Shown: positions 9,474-19,062, numbered from the stretch's first letter. The stretch is DNA of 43,561 bases from an uncultured Candidatus Saccharibacteria bacterium (GCA_964539415.1 CAZIID010000002.1:2819-46379), one strand, 5' to 3'. Numbers and translations: made by a program. The notes: a model not told the origin generated them from the sequence alone.

Positions 9474-9968
9474 CTAATACACTGGAAGAGAATAACTTTT
9501 CACTCCAAACAATCCTTTAGTAAAAATGATATATCCATTTGATATAGACTTCCCCATTAACAGATGAGGTATAAAAAGCTTGTCTCCAGGCATCATAGGA
9601 AGAGATGAAATTTTTAAGAATTCAAACCATGTTGGATCAATCATTTCTTCCGTGCTGACAGCTTCACCTTCAAAATAATAACAGACGAATAGTTCAACAG
9701 AACAAATAGGCTTATTGTCGTGATAATAGAAAGTTATTGATCCCCGAGAAAACAAATCATTTGCCCTCACAATGAGACCTTCGCCAGCTTCTTCTATTGT
9801 TTCTCTTATAACAGCCTTCTTGGATGACTCAGGGCCTTCAATACCTCCACCATAACCATTCCACATACCGGCACCGATCTTTGCCCCAGAGTGTTTTCTC
9901 GCAAGGAGAACCTTTTTACCTTCACGATTGATAAAAAACACCAAGACACATCTTTTCGTCGTGTTCAT
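9474..9968 (-). CDS. NUDIX hydrolase, MTH1/NUDT1-like (probable oxidised purine dNTP pyrophosphatase)
   Basis: Nudix box GGGIEGPESSKKAVIRETIEEAG preceded by GMWNGYGGG (compare human MTH1 GRWNGFGGK). C-terminal WF...P...D...P.LL.GK pattern. Strong SD (GGAGGG, 7-nt spacing). Confidence 0.8.
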   Translation of the reverse strand: MNTTKRCVLVFFINREGKKVLLARKHSGAKIGAGMWNGYGGGIEGPESSKKAVIRETIEEAGEGLIVRANDLFSRGSITFYYHDNKPICSVELFVCYYFEGEAVSTEEMIDPTWFEFLKISSLPMMPGDKLFIPHLLMGKSISNGYIIFTKGLFGVKSYSLPVY

Positions 9969-10095
9969 TTAATATCCCTCCTTTTGTTTTTTAATAGAAC
10001 AAACTTCCTGTAGACAAGTTTATTCTAATAGATTACTTTGTCAAACTTTTTTTCTTCTGCCTCTATGCTCTGCATCGGTCAAATCTTTATTGCCC

Positions 10096-10168
10096 GTCTT
10101 TGCGAGAAATGAAATGACGAAGCAAACCATCTCTGGATTGCCACGTCGGAATACCTCCTCGCAATGAC
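10096..10168. repeat. Inverted pair of GTCTTTGCGAG...GCAAACC / GGATTGC...CTCGCAATGAC repeat units
   Basis: Unit 10096-10128 (forward) and unit 10135-10168 (reverse orientation) share GTC(A/T)TTGCGAG and GCAA(T/A)CC ends with units at 28237-28425 and 12537-12554. Confidence 0.75.
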
Positions 10169-10223
10169 GTAAATATATAACATCTCGTGTGCTCTACATA
10201 TAAGTGGTTTATCATAATTAAAC

Positions 10224-10250
10224 AAAACCCCTCATTTGAGGGGTTTTGTT
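10224..10250. terminator. Hairpin terminator downstream of the transglycosylase gene
   Basis: AAAACCCCTC-atttg-AGGGGTTTT, flanked by A/T runs on both sides. Confidence 0.7.
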
Positions 10251-10263
10251 TTGTTGTATTTAA

Positions 10264-10737
10264 TTATCTTGCAACAGCTACTTGAGCTGAAGCATTAGTT
10301 TTTCCCCAACAAGGAGATGAGGCTTTCCATGGTTGACCACCTTCTCTATTGTATAACCATTTAGCATAAGCTAGGTTACCTTCAACAGAATAGATATCAA
10401 ATCCAAGCTTCTTGGCAGACTCACCATGATAGTATTCGTTGACTTGCATAAGTCCAACGTCACTACCATTAACTCTACCTCTTAGAACTTCACCATCTTT
10501 ATCGTACTGTCTAAAGCTAGATTCACACTTAGCAATCTCAGCTAGGAGCGGAGTATCGGTAAAGTATTCTCTAACAAGTTTATTTAAACCTACATTGTTT
10601 GGTATTTCTACTTCGGATTCCTCTACTATCGCAACAACAGGACTTGAAGTCGATGTAGTTGGATTTTGATTGATTGTAGCAGGTCCTCCATATAAAGAAG
10701 AATATACGAACAATATAGCTGATGTAATTTCTATCAT
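10264..10737 (-). CDS. Secreted lysozyme-like / lytic transglycosylase domain protein
   Basis: CESSFRQY...GLMQVNE...AYAKWLY pattern (catalytic Glu then MQ(I/V)N) typical of SLT/goose-lysozyme-like domains. N-terminal hydrophobic leader. Confidence 0.7.
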   Translation of the reverse strand: MIEITSAILFVYSSLYGGPATINQNPTTSTSSPVVAIVEESEVEIPNNVGLNKLVREYFTDTPLLAEIAKCESSFRQYDKDGEVLRGRVNGSDVGLMQVNEYYHGESAKKLGFDIYSVEGNLAYAKWLYNREGGQPWKASSPCWGKTNASAQVAVAR

Positions 10738-11081
10738 AATTTATTTTTTTGTTTGCCCTTTAAAGCTTCAACTGACATATCCGTTTCAAGTGGATATTAA
10801 GGAAAAATTAATTTTTTCCATCAATCAAAATTTTATTGGTTGAATTTTACCCTGTATAAATTCTCGCTATGCGAGATTCGTTAAAGACAAATATTTAACA
10901 GGATGAATCAAAAAATCAGAGTCGCGCTCTGATTACTATATATACTAGCATATTTGAATTTATTTGTCAATACATAACAACGAAAAACCGCCTACGTCAA
11001 ATACAATAATATGGCTAATATTAGCCATATTTTCATTGCTTTATCCCCTATTTTGTGGTGTAGATTTTTAGACCCTTTTAA

Positions 11082-11543
11082 CTATTTTAACCCTGTACAA
11101 CCACTTGCCGGCAAAAGTCCTCTAGATCTTGCTTCATCAACCGTTGAAAACCAAATTTTATTCTCTTCTTTGATCCTATCTACGCCAGAACACCAAGGAT
11201 AATAGTATTTTGTACCAGTTTTTGAGGCCACTAGCATATCTTTGATGGCTGAATCCCACACTGTTGCAACTTGTTTTACAGAAGTATCCACGAAATTATT
11301 TTCTTTAGGATTGGTGACACTTGCAAGGATTGACTCCTGTTTTTTGAGTACTGAAATAGGGACTTCTTTTTTCTCGTAAGCAGATATTTTACCTAGCCCA
11401 AAGGCGCCAAAAGCTACAAGGACGATAGCAACGGCGACGAATAGACCATCCGTCATTTTAAAGACTTTTTGTGGTTCATCAGAAAGAATTTTGAAATCTT
11501 CTACTGAGAGCTTGATTTTTTCCTTAAAATCTTCTATACTCAT
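11082..11543 (-). CDS. Membrane-anchored protein with C-terminal Ada-Zn-like (sunset-type) Cys motif domain
   Basis: Start moved to MSIEDF (ATG 11543) because the longer ORF overlaps rpmA and its promoter. One TM segment. C-terminus KYYYPWCSGVDRIKEENKIWFSTVDEARSRGLLPASGC resembles YHxPxC...F.S..EA...GY.PC..C domains. Confidence 0.6.
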   Translation of the reverse strand: MSIEDFKEKIKLSVEDFKILSDEPQKVFKMTDGLFVAVAIVLVAFGAFGLGKISAYEKKEVPISVLKKQESILASVTNPKENNFVDTSVKQVATVWDSAIKDMLVASKTGTKYYYPWCSGVDRIKEENKIWFSTVDEARSRGLLPASGCTGLK

Positions 11544-11626
11544 ATCTACATTATTGTAACAGGTTAGCCGAAAACGGACAAACCAAAAACACCCTTTAGG
11601 TGTTGAGATAATATAAATAAAATAAT

Positions 11627-11905
11627 ATGGCACATAAAAAAGCAGTAGGTTCATCCAAAAACGGTAGAGATTCAGGTCCAAGATACCTTGGCGTGAAAGT
11701 AAACCACGGAGAAGCTATAAAAGTAGGACAAGTAATACTCAGACAAAAAGGCACAGATACAATGGCTGGTTTAAACGTAGGTAAAGGTAAAGACCACACT
11801 CTATTTGCACTCAAGGATGGTAAGGTTGAATTCAAGACAAAGAGAAAAATGAATTTCGACTCAACTACAACAAGAAGAAGTATAGTGAATGTAAAAATAG
11901 TATAA
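11627..11905 (+). CDS. rpmA: 50S ribosomal protein L27
   Basis: [24 protein letters not shown]...[21 protein letters not shown] is the canonical bL27 sequence. Confidence 0.95.
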   Translation: MAHKKAVGSSKNGRDSGPRYLGVKVNHGEAIKVGQVILRQKGTDTMAGLNVGKGKDHTLFALKDGKVEFKTKRKMNFDSTTTRRSIVNVKIV

Positions 11906-11920
11906 GGAAAAAAATACACA

Positions 11921-11951
11921 AAATCGGCTTCCCTCTCGGGAAGCCGATTTT
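11921..11951 (+). terminator. Rho-independent terminator of rpmA
   Basis: AATCGGCTTCCC-tctc-GGGAAGCCGATT followed by TTTT. Confidence 0.85.
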
Positions 11952-12068
11952 AGTTTAAATAATACAGACACTAAAAATTATAAATTCTTTATCTCTATTG
12001 TTATTAATCTAGAAAAATCAAAAGCTGTAATTTTTATTTTACTCTCCCCTATTTCTTTAAGTGGTTTT

Positions 12069-12458
12069 TCAAACTCCTGCTGCGCCTTCTATTAGAAGTG
12101 GTTTTTCAAGTTCTAGACAGTCTGATGGAAGATCAAAGCCTGTTTGTTTTTTTAATTCTAGAGCAATCTGTTCTTTGTGGACTCCAGCAAAAAGGTGACC
12201 TTTTTCATTTGTCTTTCCAGTAATAATAAGTTTTGCATTTTCAAGTTTTGAAATAGCCCTTTCAAGTGCCTCAATGAAACCTTTCTTCTCGGTTAGACTA
12301 ACTGCTTTTTTATTCTCAACCATCTTTAAGTTACTTGCTGTTGCTGGTACTGCCTGACCTGCTGGAATAAGTGAGTTTAGTGCAAAACCGTCAGCAACTT
12401 CTTTAATATCGTATCTCTTTCCTACCTTTTTTACATCCTTTAAAAGTATTATTTTCAT
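12069..12458 (-). CDS. rplI: 50S ribosomal protein L9 (short form)
   Basis: MKIILLKDVKKVGKRYDIKEVADGFALNSLIPAGQAVPAT matches the bL9 N-domain. TATAAT sits 6 nt upstream of the ATG. Confidence 0.9.
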   Translation of the reverse strand: MKIILLKDVKKVGKRYDIKEVADGFALNSLIPAGQAVPATASNLKMVENKKAVSLTEKKGFIEALERAISKLENAKLIITGKTNEKGHLFAGVHKEQIALELKKQTGFDLPSDCLELEKPLLIEGAAGV

Positions 12459-12500
12459 ATTTTGATTATAGCTGATTTTGGGAAATTTGTTAATGCTATT

Positions 12501-12535
12501 AAAAGACGCGGCTCACTTTGTGAGCCGCGTCTTTT
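12501..12535. terminator. Bidirectional terminator between ctp and rplI
   Basis: AAAAGACGCGGCTCAC-tttg-TGAGCCGCGTCTTTT, a perfect 12-bp GC-rich stem with A/T runs on both sides. Confidence 0.85.
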
Positions 12536-12536
12536 A

Positions 12537-12554
12537 GTCTTTGCGAAGCAATCC
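12537..12554 (+). repeat. Minimal core copy of the GTC(A/T)TTGCGA...GCAATCC repeat
   Basis: GTCTTTGCGAAGCAATCC directly abuts the terminator. It has the same end motifs as the longer units but no internal spacer. Confidence 0.5.
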
Positions 12555-12568
12555 AATATTAGTATTTT

Positions 12569-13801
12569 CTATAAAGAATTTACGACTTCAAGTGCTTTTT
12601 CAAGCTGAGGATCCCTACCCGCTGTAACATCTTTATCTGTTATATCCACTTTATAATCTGGGGTTAAACCATTTTCTGAAATTGAATTTCCAAGAGGTGT
12701 TAGCCATCTTGCAATAGTAACCTTAAGTGAAGCACCTCCATCAAGTCTGAGCACCTCTTGAACAGAACCCTTACCAAAAGTTTTTGTTCCAACAAGTTTT
12801 GCTTTACCTTGCTCTTTCAATGCTCCAGCAAGTATTTCAGAAGCAGAAGCAGAACCTTCATTTACAAGTATCACCATTCTTAGATTTTCATTAAAGATAT
12901 CGTAACCTTTACTTCTATACACAGTTTCTTCTGTATTGTTTCCAAAGTCTTCTCTAACAATAGTTTTTCCTAGTGGCAAAAACCAACTTGCTATATCCAC
13001 AGAAGATTCTAAATATCCACCAGGGTTTCCTCTCAAATCTAAGACTAATTTAGTTTTTCCAGAATCAATAAATTCTTTTAATGCACCTTTGAATAATTCG
13101 GAAGATGGAGCATAAAAGTTATATAACTTGAGCACAAAAACATCTCCTTTTACTTCTGTTTCTATTGTTGGAATATCTATTCTTGCTCTAACTATATCTT
13201 TTTCAAAGGTCTCGGCTGTTTTTTCTCTGTAAAACTTAATCTTAACTGGAGTTCCTGCAGTACCACGTATTATTTTTACAGCCCAATCTGTACTCATACC
13301 TTCAGTTGAAGTTCCGTTTATAAAGAGTAATTTATCACCAGATTTAACACCGGCTTTGTATGCTGGAGTACCTTTAAGTGGAGAAACGACAGTGATTATT
13401 CCGTCTCGCATACCAAGCTCCATTCCTACACCTTCAAAACTACCGCTGACATCTCCATCAAATATTTTTGCATCTTCAGGTGGCATAAAAACAGTGTAAG
13501 GATCACCATAAGATGAAGCCAAACCTTTTATTGATCCCCAAAGTTTTTCATCATCACTTATTAGTGTTTTTCCTTTTGATGGAACAAATTTATTTTCAAG
13601 AAGATCCCATGCCTTCCAAAAATTGTTCATATCAACTTTTACAGCTGATTGTTTTTCATTATTTTGTATATTAAATACTGTCTTTCTTGTAGAAAATTCT
13701 TTAGCACCTATTCCTAGACCAACTAAAAAGGCAAAGACAACAAGCAACCCAGTTATTAAAGAGACCTTATACTTTTTAAACATAATTAAATATTTATTCA
13801 T
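12569..13801 (-). CDS. ctpA: Carboxy-terminal processing protease (S41, PDZ-containing)
   Basis: TM anchor, PDZ region (GDKLLFINGTSTEGM), S41 blocks LRGNPGGYL and NEGSASASEILAGALKE. Confidence 0.9.
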   Translation of the reverse strand: MNKYLIMFKKYKVSLITGLLVVFAFLVGLGIGAKEFSTRKTVFNIQNNEKQSAVKVDMNNFWKAWDLLENKFVPSKGKTLISDDEKLWGSIKGLASSYGDPYTVFMPPEDAKIFDGDVSGSFEGVGMELGMRDGIITVVSPLKGTPAYKAGVKSGDKLLFINGTSTEGMSTDWAVKIIRGTAGTPVKIKFYREKTAETFEKDIVRARIDIPTIETEVKGDVFVLKLYNFYAPSSELFKGALKEFIDSGKTKLVLDLRGNPGGYLESSVDIASWFLPLGKTIVREDFGNNTEETVYRSKGYDIFNENLRMVILVNEGSASASEILAGALKEQGKAKLVGTKTFGKGSVQEVLRLDGGASLKVTIARWLTPLGNSISENGLTPDYKVDITDKDVTAGRDPQLEKALEVVNSL

Positions 13802-13921
13802 AAATTGTATAGTAGATTATCTCACCTTTTCCATTTTAGGTCTAGTAAAAAAATAATGAACATAATATATACTATCCAAAGATAATATCTTGTAGTAAAA
13901 TGATAGGTATAATTTAAATCT

Positions 13922-14839
13922 ATGATAAAAGAAAGCAAAAATAAAAAAATAACTTGGGTTGATATCGAAAATCCTTCCATGGATGAGCTCCGAAAAATAA
14001 TGGAAAAATACAACCTCGATCCTGCCATGACAAAAGAAATGGCTTTGACTACTTTTAAAGAAAGAGTTATTTCCAAAGACGGCAAAATCTACGCTGTTTT
14101 TCACTTCCCTGCACTTAGGCATTCTCACGGAGATGGAGTTAAACAAGAAATTGATTTTGTTATAGGTAAAGACTTTATCATAACAAACAGATACGAACAC
14201 ATAGACGCAATAGAAAGTTTCTCAAAGTTTTTTGAAGTTAATGCCACTCTAGAAAAAGAGATAATGGAAGATCATGGAGGTTTTGTAATGTATTATATTC
14301 TCAAAGAACTTTACAAATCTGTTTCAAACGAACTAGACTCCATAAATGACGAACTTTCTTTTGTTGAGAAAGGGATATTTGATGGCCAAGAAAAAGAAAT
14401 GGTGTCTAGCATCTCAAAGCTTAGTAGAGATCTTTTAAACATACAACACACCATTATTGGTCACGGTGACATATTAGAAAAAATAATATCAATGGGAGAT
14501 CAATATCTTGAAGATGAAAGTTTCATATACGACATTAGAAAAATTAAAAATGAAAGCGACAGAGTAAACAGATATCTCACGGATTCTATGGACTTTCTTT
14601 CTGAGCTTAGAGAAACAAATAATTCCCTACTTTCAACCAAGCAAAATGAAATAATGAAAACTCTTACCATTCTTGCCTTTGTTGTGCTACCATTTTCAAT
14701 AATAACCGGTTTTTTCCAAATGAATACAGTAAATACACCATTTGTTGGAAGTGAAAATGACTGGTATATTGTAATACTAGTTGAACTTATAATAGTTATT
14801 TCACTTTTTATTTTTGCAAGACTAAAGAAATGGCTCTAA
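13922..14839 (+). CDS. corA: CorA-family divalent cation transporter
   Basis: Soluble N-domain, two C-terminal TM helices and a GFFQMN variant of the YGMNF signature in the expected loop position. TATAAT lies 8 nt upstream of the ATG. Confidence 0.75.
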   Translation: MIKESKNKKITWVDIENPSMDELRKIMEKYNLDPAMTKEMALTTFKERVISKDGKIYAVFHFPALRHSHGDGVKQEIDFVIGKDFIITNRYEHIDAIESFSKFFEVNATLEKEIMEDHGGFVMYYILKELYKSVSNELDSINDELSFVEKGIFDGQEKEMVSSISKLSRDLLNIQHTIIGHGDILEKIISMGDQYLEDESFIYDIRKIKNESDRVNRYLTDSMDFLSELRETNNSLLSTKQNEIMKTLTILAFVVLPFSIITGFFQMNTVNTPFVGSENDWYIVILVELIIVISLFIFARLKKWL

Positions 14840-14842
14840 TTT

Positions 14843-16264
14843 ATGTTTAATTTTTTCAAAAAGACACCAGAAAAAAATATTTATTTATTTAATACTCTCT
14901 CAAGAGAAAAAGAGCTTTTTGTTCCTATAAAAAATACTGTTGGACTTTATACTTGCGGACCTACCGTATATTATTTTGCGCATATTGGTAATCTTAGAAC
15001 TTATATTTTTGAAGATGTTCTGAAGAGGGTTTTGTATTATAACAATCTCAAAGTTCTTCATGTGATGAATCTCACCGATGTTGGTCACCTTACGGGCGAC
15101 CGCGATATGGGAGAAGACAAGATGGAAAAAGAATCAAGAAAAGAAGGTAAAACGGCTTGGGAGATTGCCGACTTTTATGCAAAAGCTTTTTTTGAAGATA
15201 CTGAAAGATTAAATATAGTAAAACCAAATATTATATGTAAAGCAACAGACCATATCAAAGAACAACTTGAGATGATATCTGTATTAGAGAAAAAAGGTTT
15301 TACATACAAAACAACTGATGGAATATATTTTGACACTTCAAAAGTTGATGACTATGCCAAGCTTTCCCATCAAAATCTAGAAGCTCTAAAAGAAGGTGCA
15401 AGAATTGAAAAGAATGAAGAAAAGAGAAACGCAACCGACTTTGCATTATGGAAATTCTCCCTTACTACTGGAGAAAAAAGACAAATGGAGTGGCCAAGTC
15501 CTTGGGGTGTAGGTTTTCCTGGATGGCATCTTGAATGTAGTGCAATGAGTTTAAAATATCTCGGAGATCATTTTGATATACACGCTGGTGCAGTAGATTT
15601 TATAAATCTTCACCATACAAATGAAATTGCTCAAACAGAATCAGTAACTGGAGTTAAACCTTGGGTAAATATTTGGATGCACGGAGAATTTATGAATCTG
15701 GATAAGGGCAGAAAAATGTCTAAAAGCGCTGGAGATACCGTAACTCTTACAAATACTTTTATAGAAAAAGGAATGGACCCAATAGTTCTTCGTTTTGCTT
15801 GTCTAAATACTCATTACAGAAAAGCGATTGAATGGAATGATGAAATTGCCTTATCTTCAGCTCACGCCTTTAATGTATTGAAAAGAAAAATTGCTAACTT
15901 AGGCAAAAAAGCTGGTAAGGTCAATCAAGAATGGAAAGACAAATTTAATTCAGCTATAAATGACGATCTAAATATGCCTCAGGCTCTAGCTGTAATGAAC
16001 GAAATGTTAAAATCAGATATATCTCAAGAAGATAAGCTTGCGACTGTCTTGGATTTTGATAAAGTTTTTGGACTTAGATTTGATTTGATAAAAGAAGAAG
16101 TTACTGCAGAAATACCAGAAGAAGTTAAATCTTTAATTCAAGACAGAAAAGTTGCCAGAGAAAATAAAGATTGGAAAAAAGCAGACGAAATCAGAGATAA
16201 AATAAAATTACTTGGATTTGAAATAAAAGATTCTGGAGAAGAAACAACTGCCACAAAAATCTAA
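14843..16264 (+). CDS. cysS: Cysteinyl-tRNA synthetase
   Basis: CGPTVYYFAHIGNLRTY (HIGH region), WPSPWGVGFPGWHLEC and KMSKS motifs. Confidence 0.95.
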   Translation: MFNFFKKTPEKNIYLFNTLSREKELFVPIKNTVGLYTCGPTVYYFAHIGNLRTYIFEDVLKRVLYYNNLKVLHVMNLTDVGHLTGDRDMGEDKMEKESRKEGKTAWEIADFYAKAFFEDTERLNIVKPNIICKATDHIKEQLEMISVLEKKGFTYKTTDGIYFDTSKVDDYAKLSHQNLEALKEGARIEKNEEKRNATDFALWKFSLTTGEKRQMEWPSPWGVGFPGWHLECSAMSLKYLGDHFDIHAGAVDFINLHHTNEIAQTESVTGVKPWVNIWMHGEFMNLDKGRKMSKSAGDTVTLTNTFIEKGMDPIVLRFACLNTHYRKAIEWNDEIALSSAHAFNVLKRKIANLGKKAGKVNQEWKDKFNSAINDDLNMPQALAVMNEMLKSDISQEDKLATVLDFDKVFGLRFDLIKEEVTAEIPEEVKSLIQDRKVARENKDWKKADEIRDKIKLLGFEIKDSGEETTATKI

Positions 16265-16277
16265 TAGTCAAAAGAAT

Positions 16278-16309
16278 AGCCCCCGCTGATTACAGCGGGG
16301 GCTTTTTTT
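16278..16309. terminator. Terminator shared by cysS and the convergent ORF
   Basis: AGCCCCCGCTG-atta-CAGCGGGGGCT followed by T7. Confidence 0.85.
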
Positions 16310-16318
16310 CTACCTTTT

Positions 16319-16852
16319 TTACAATCTACTCAATACATCCTGAGTCAAAGACATCCTCTCATCAGCAGTCAGTGTCCCAGTGACAATAATTTGCTTTACA
16401 AGATTATCAAACTCTACTCTATCAAGAACTTGTTTTGCCTGAAATTCAATATCACCGTGATTGTCTTGTAATTTCCTTATCATCCTAAAATAATTCATAA
16501 AACGATAGGGATTCATCTTGTGAGTAACATTCAAATGAATATACTGCCGAGGGCAATCTTTGCTCAAACAAAGCATGACTTTTTTGGCGATAATTAACCT
16601 TGTTTCATAAGAGTAAGCCAATTCATCTTCAATGATCTCTATAAGAGTTTCAACAGTGCGAGAAAGAAAGAATATTTTTTCAATAATAAGATCTTCAATA
16701 TCCTTGTCACTTTTTGCCAGTTCTTTTTTAAGATCAGAAATTATTTTTTCTCTATTAAAGTCTTTACAATAATCGGACAAAATGAGAAAAAAGAAAGACC
16801 TCTTAAGAAAAAGAAACACGGCTGCAAAACGATTTTTCAGAAAATTACTCAT
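16319..16852 (-). CDS. Hypothetical protein (177 aa)
   Basis: Uninterrupted ORF with a strong SD (AGGAGGA) and somewhat higher GC than its neighbours. No family recognised. Confidence 0.5.
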   Translation of the reverse strand: MSNFLKNRFAAVFLFLKRSFFFLILSDYCKDFNREKIISDLKKELAKSDKDIEDLIIEKIFFLSRTVETLIEIIEDELAYSYETRLIIAKKVMLCLSKDCPRQYIHLNVTHKMNPYRFMNYFRMIRKLQDNHGDIEFQAKQVLDRVEFDNLVKQIIVTGTLTADERMSLTQDVLSRL

Positions 16853-17013
16853 ACCTATCCTCCTATATTTGTGTTAAAGGACTCAAAACCAAAACTGAAT
16901 ATAACATAAACAATAGCTTTATTCAATAGCTAAAATCCAAAAAAGATTTCCACATATTAAACACATTTTGTCCTACTTTTCATCATTGCTTAAGTTTTTA
17001 ATACCATGTTAAA

Positions 17014-18390
17014 ATGTCTTCAATGAACGAAATCAAAAAAACAAATATCCGAATCCCACCACAAAACATGGATTCAGAAAAAGCACTTCTTGGTTCTATT
17101 TTACTTAGACCAGAATCACTATCTGAAATTATGGACATTATCCGTCCAGAAGCTTTCTATTCTGAAAAACATAAAATCATCTATGTTTCTATGACTGATC
17201 TTTACGGCAGGCACGAACCGATTGATATGCTTACTGTGTCAGCACGTCTCAAGGAAACTGGAGAGATTGAACGTATCGGAGGATTAAGCTATCTTACCGA
17301 AATTGTAAACCTAGTTCCCTCTTCTTCAAATGTTGAATATTACGCTCAGATAGTTCACAAAAAATATGTAATGCGAAAACTTATTGAAGCTGCAGAGCAT
17401 GTCGCTTCTTTGGGTTATGAAGAAGCTGAAGAACTTGAATACATATTAGACAAAGCTGAGAAAAAAATATACGAAGTAACAAATACAACAGGTAGCGGAA
17501 AATATACAGAAATAAAAGATGCCTTAGATGAGGCAATGGAAAGGCTTGATAGACTTCACAAAACAAAAGGTGAACTCCGTGGAGTGCCAACAGGTTTTAG
17601 AGATTTGGACAGCAAACTTTCAGGTTTCCAAAAATCAGACCTTATTATTTTGGCTGCAAGACCATCTGTGGGAAAAACATCTCTTGCATTAGACATTGCT
17701 CGTAAAGCTGCTGTTAATCACAATATTCCTGTGGCAATTTTTTCTCTTGAAATGAGCACACAGCAACTCGTAGATAGAATGCTTGCAGCACAATCTCAGG
17801 TTGATGCTTGGAAAATGAGAACTGGTAATCTTACGCTAGACAAAGAATTTGAACTCATTAGAAACTCACTTGAAATTTTTGCAAAGGCACCTATTTTTAT
17901 AGATGATCAGCCCGCTAATAACATAATGAAAATGAGATCTGTTGTCAGAAGACTCAAACATGAAAAAAAGCTTGGACTTGTTATTGTGGACTACTTGCAA
18001 CTTATGGCACCAGTTCAAAGTAAAAATAATGACAACGTAGTTCAACAAATTACTGAAATTTCAAGATCATTAAAACAGTTGGCTCGTGAATTTGATGTAC
18101 CAGTCATAGCACTATCACAGCTTTCTCGTGCGGTTGAACAGCGTGGAGGAAAACCAAGACTTTCAGACCTTAGAGATTCCGGATCTATCGAACAAGATGC
18201 CGACGTTGTTATGTTTATACACAGAGAAAAAGATGAAAGTGGTACAGAATCAAAATCAATGGATACAGAAATACTTATTGAAAAGCACAGAAATGGTCCG
18301 ACAGGAAGTGTAAAACTCAGATTTGATAGCCATAAATCTTCTTTCCTTGATGTTGATCAACACCACGAATTTGGAGATTTTGCCGGATGA
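17014..18390 (+). CDS. dnaB: Replicative DNA helicase DnaB
   Basis: PPQNMDSEKALLGSILL N-domain, Walker A ARPSVGKTSLAL, Walker B IVDYLQLM, SRSLKQLAREFDVPVIALSQLSR and RDSGSIEQDADVV blocks. No intein. Confidence 0.95.
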   Translation: MSSMNEIKKTNIRIPPQNMDSEKALLGSILLRPESLSEIMDIIRPEAFYSEKHKIIYVSMTDLYGRHEPIDMLTVSARLKETGEIERIGGLSYLTEIVNLVPSSSNVEYYAQIVHKKYVMRKLIEAAEHVASLGYEEAEELEYILDKAEKKIYEVTNTTGSGKYTEIKDALDEAMERLDRLHKTKGELRGVPTGFRDLDSKLSGFQKSDLIILAARPSVGKTSLALDIARKAAVNHNIPVAIFSLEMSTQQLVDRMLAAQSQVDAWKMRTGNLTLDKEFELIRNSLEIFAKAPIFIDDQPANNIMKMRSVVRRLKHEKKLGLVIVDYLQLMAPVQSKNNDNVVQQITEISRSLKQLAREFDVPVIALSQLSRAVEQRGGKPRLSDLRDSGSIEQDADVVMFIHREKDESGTESKSMDTEILIEKHRNGPTGSVKLRFDSHKSSFLDVDQHHEFGDFAG

Positions 18391-18399
18391 TTCCTTTCT

Positions 18400-18424
18400 G
18401 TCATTCCCGCGTAGGCGGGAATCC
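18400..18424 (+). repeat. GTCATTCCCGCGTAGGCGGGAATCC palindromic repeat unit
   Basis: Starts 10 nt after the dnaB stop. It has the same GTCATT...GGAATCC frame as 28237-28262, with a different internal palindrome (CCCGC-gtag-GCGGG). Confidence 0.65.
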
Positions 18425-18444
18425 AGAGAACTAACACTTACAGT

Positions 18445-19062
18445 ATGGATTCAATTAATAAACTCATAAAAATATTTAGCGATTTCCCTGGAATCGGACC
18501 TAAACAAGCGAGACGATTTGTATATTTTTTACTTACAAGACATTCCGGTTATATTGATGAGCTAAAAAATTTAATCTCAGAACTAAAAAGAGAGATTGCT
18601 GTTTGTCCTGAATGTTTTCGCTTTTTTCCAAAAACAAATATAAAAAATCCCCTATGCCCTATCTGCGGAAATCAAGATAGAGATGAGAAATCACTTATGA
18701 TTGTTAGTCGTGATGTAGATTTTGAAAATATAGAAAGAAGCAAATCTTTCCTAGGAAAATATTTTATACTTGGCGGTTCAATCCCCGTTTTAGACAAAAA
18801 CCCAGAAGAAAGAGTTAGAATAAAAGAAATGCTTTCTTTGGTAGAAAGAAGGTCAAAAATAGGCCTGAAAGAGGTAATTTTGGGCCTAGACGCTAACACA
18901 GAGGGTGAATATACAGAACAATATATCAGGGAAAAACTCTCTCCCCTAGCTCAAATTTACGGCTTAAAAATATCCGTGCTCGGACGTGGTCTTTCTACAG
19001 GTACAGAGCTTGAATATTCAGATTCGGATACAATAACTAACGCTTTAAAAAATAGAAACTAA
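18445..19062 (+). CDS. recR: Recombination protein RecR
   Basis: FPGIGPKQARRFVYFLL (HhH), C4 zinc finger CPEC...CPIC, Toprim region (LMIVSRDVDFENIE). Confidence 0.9.
   Translation: MDSINKLIKIFSDFPGIGPKQARRFVYFLLTRHSGYIDELKNLISELKREIAVCPECFRFFPKTNIKNPLCPICGNQDRDEKSLMIVSRDVDFENIERSKSFLGKYFILGGSIPVLDKNPEERVRIKEMLSLVERRSKIGLKEVILGLDANTEGEYTEQYIREKLSPLAQIYGLKISVLGRGLSTGTELEYSDSDTITNALKNRN

Noticed and set aside
10738-10910. 5' leader of the transglycosylase gene considered as a c-di-AMP (ydaO-type) riboswitch, because such switches often precede cell-wall hydrolases.
   Set aside because: The leader is AT-rich with only short hairpins (TCTCGC-atag-GCGAGA, ATCC...GGAT). It lacks the ACGGGGA/CCCG pseudo-symmetric conserved cores.
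11544-11681. N-terminal extension of ORF 11082..11681 ([21 protein letters not shown]...).
   Set aside because: It overlaps the rpmA coding start and promoter region on the opposite strand. The internal ATG at 11543 gives a sensible cytoplasmic N-terminus followed by a TM anchor.
13817-14200. Minus-strand ORFs 13817..14200 and 13822..14085 overlapping the corA start, and other 60-120-aa antisense ORFs within gltX, the M23 peptidase gene, dnaB, the Clp-like gene and ABC-F.
   Set aside because: They are antisense to well-supported genes, F/L/I/S-rich as expected for AT-rich shadow frames, and have no ribosome-binding or promoter signals.
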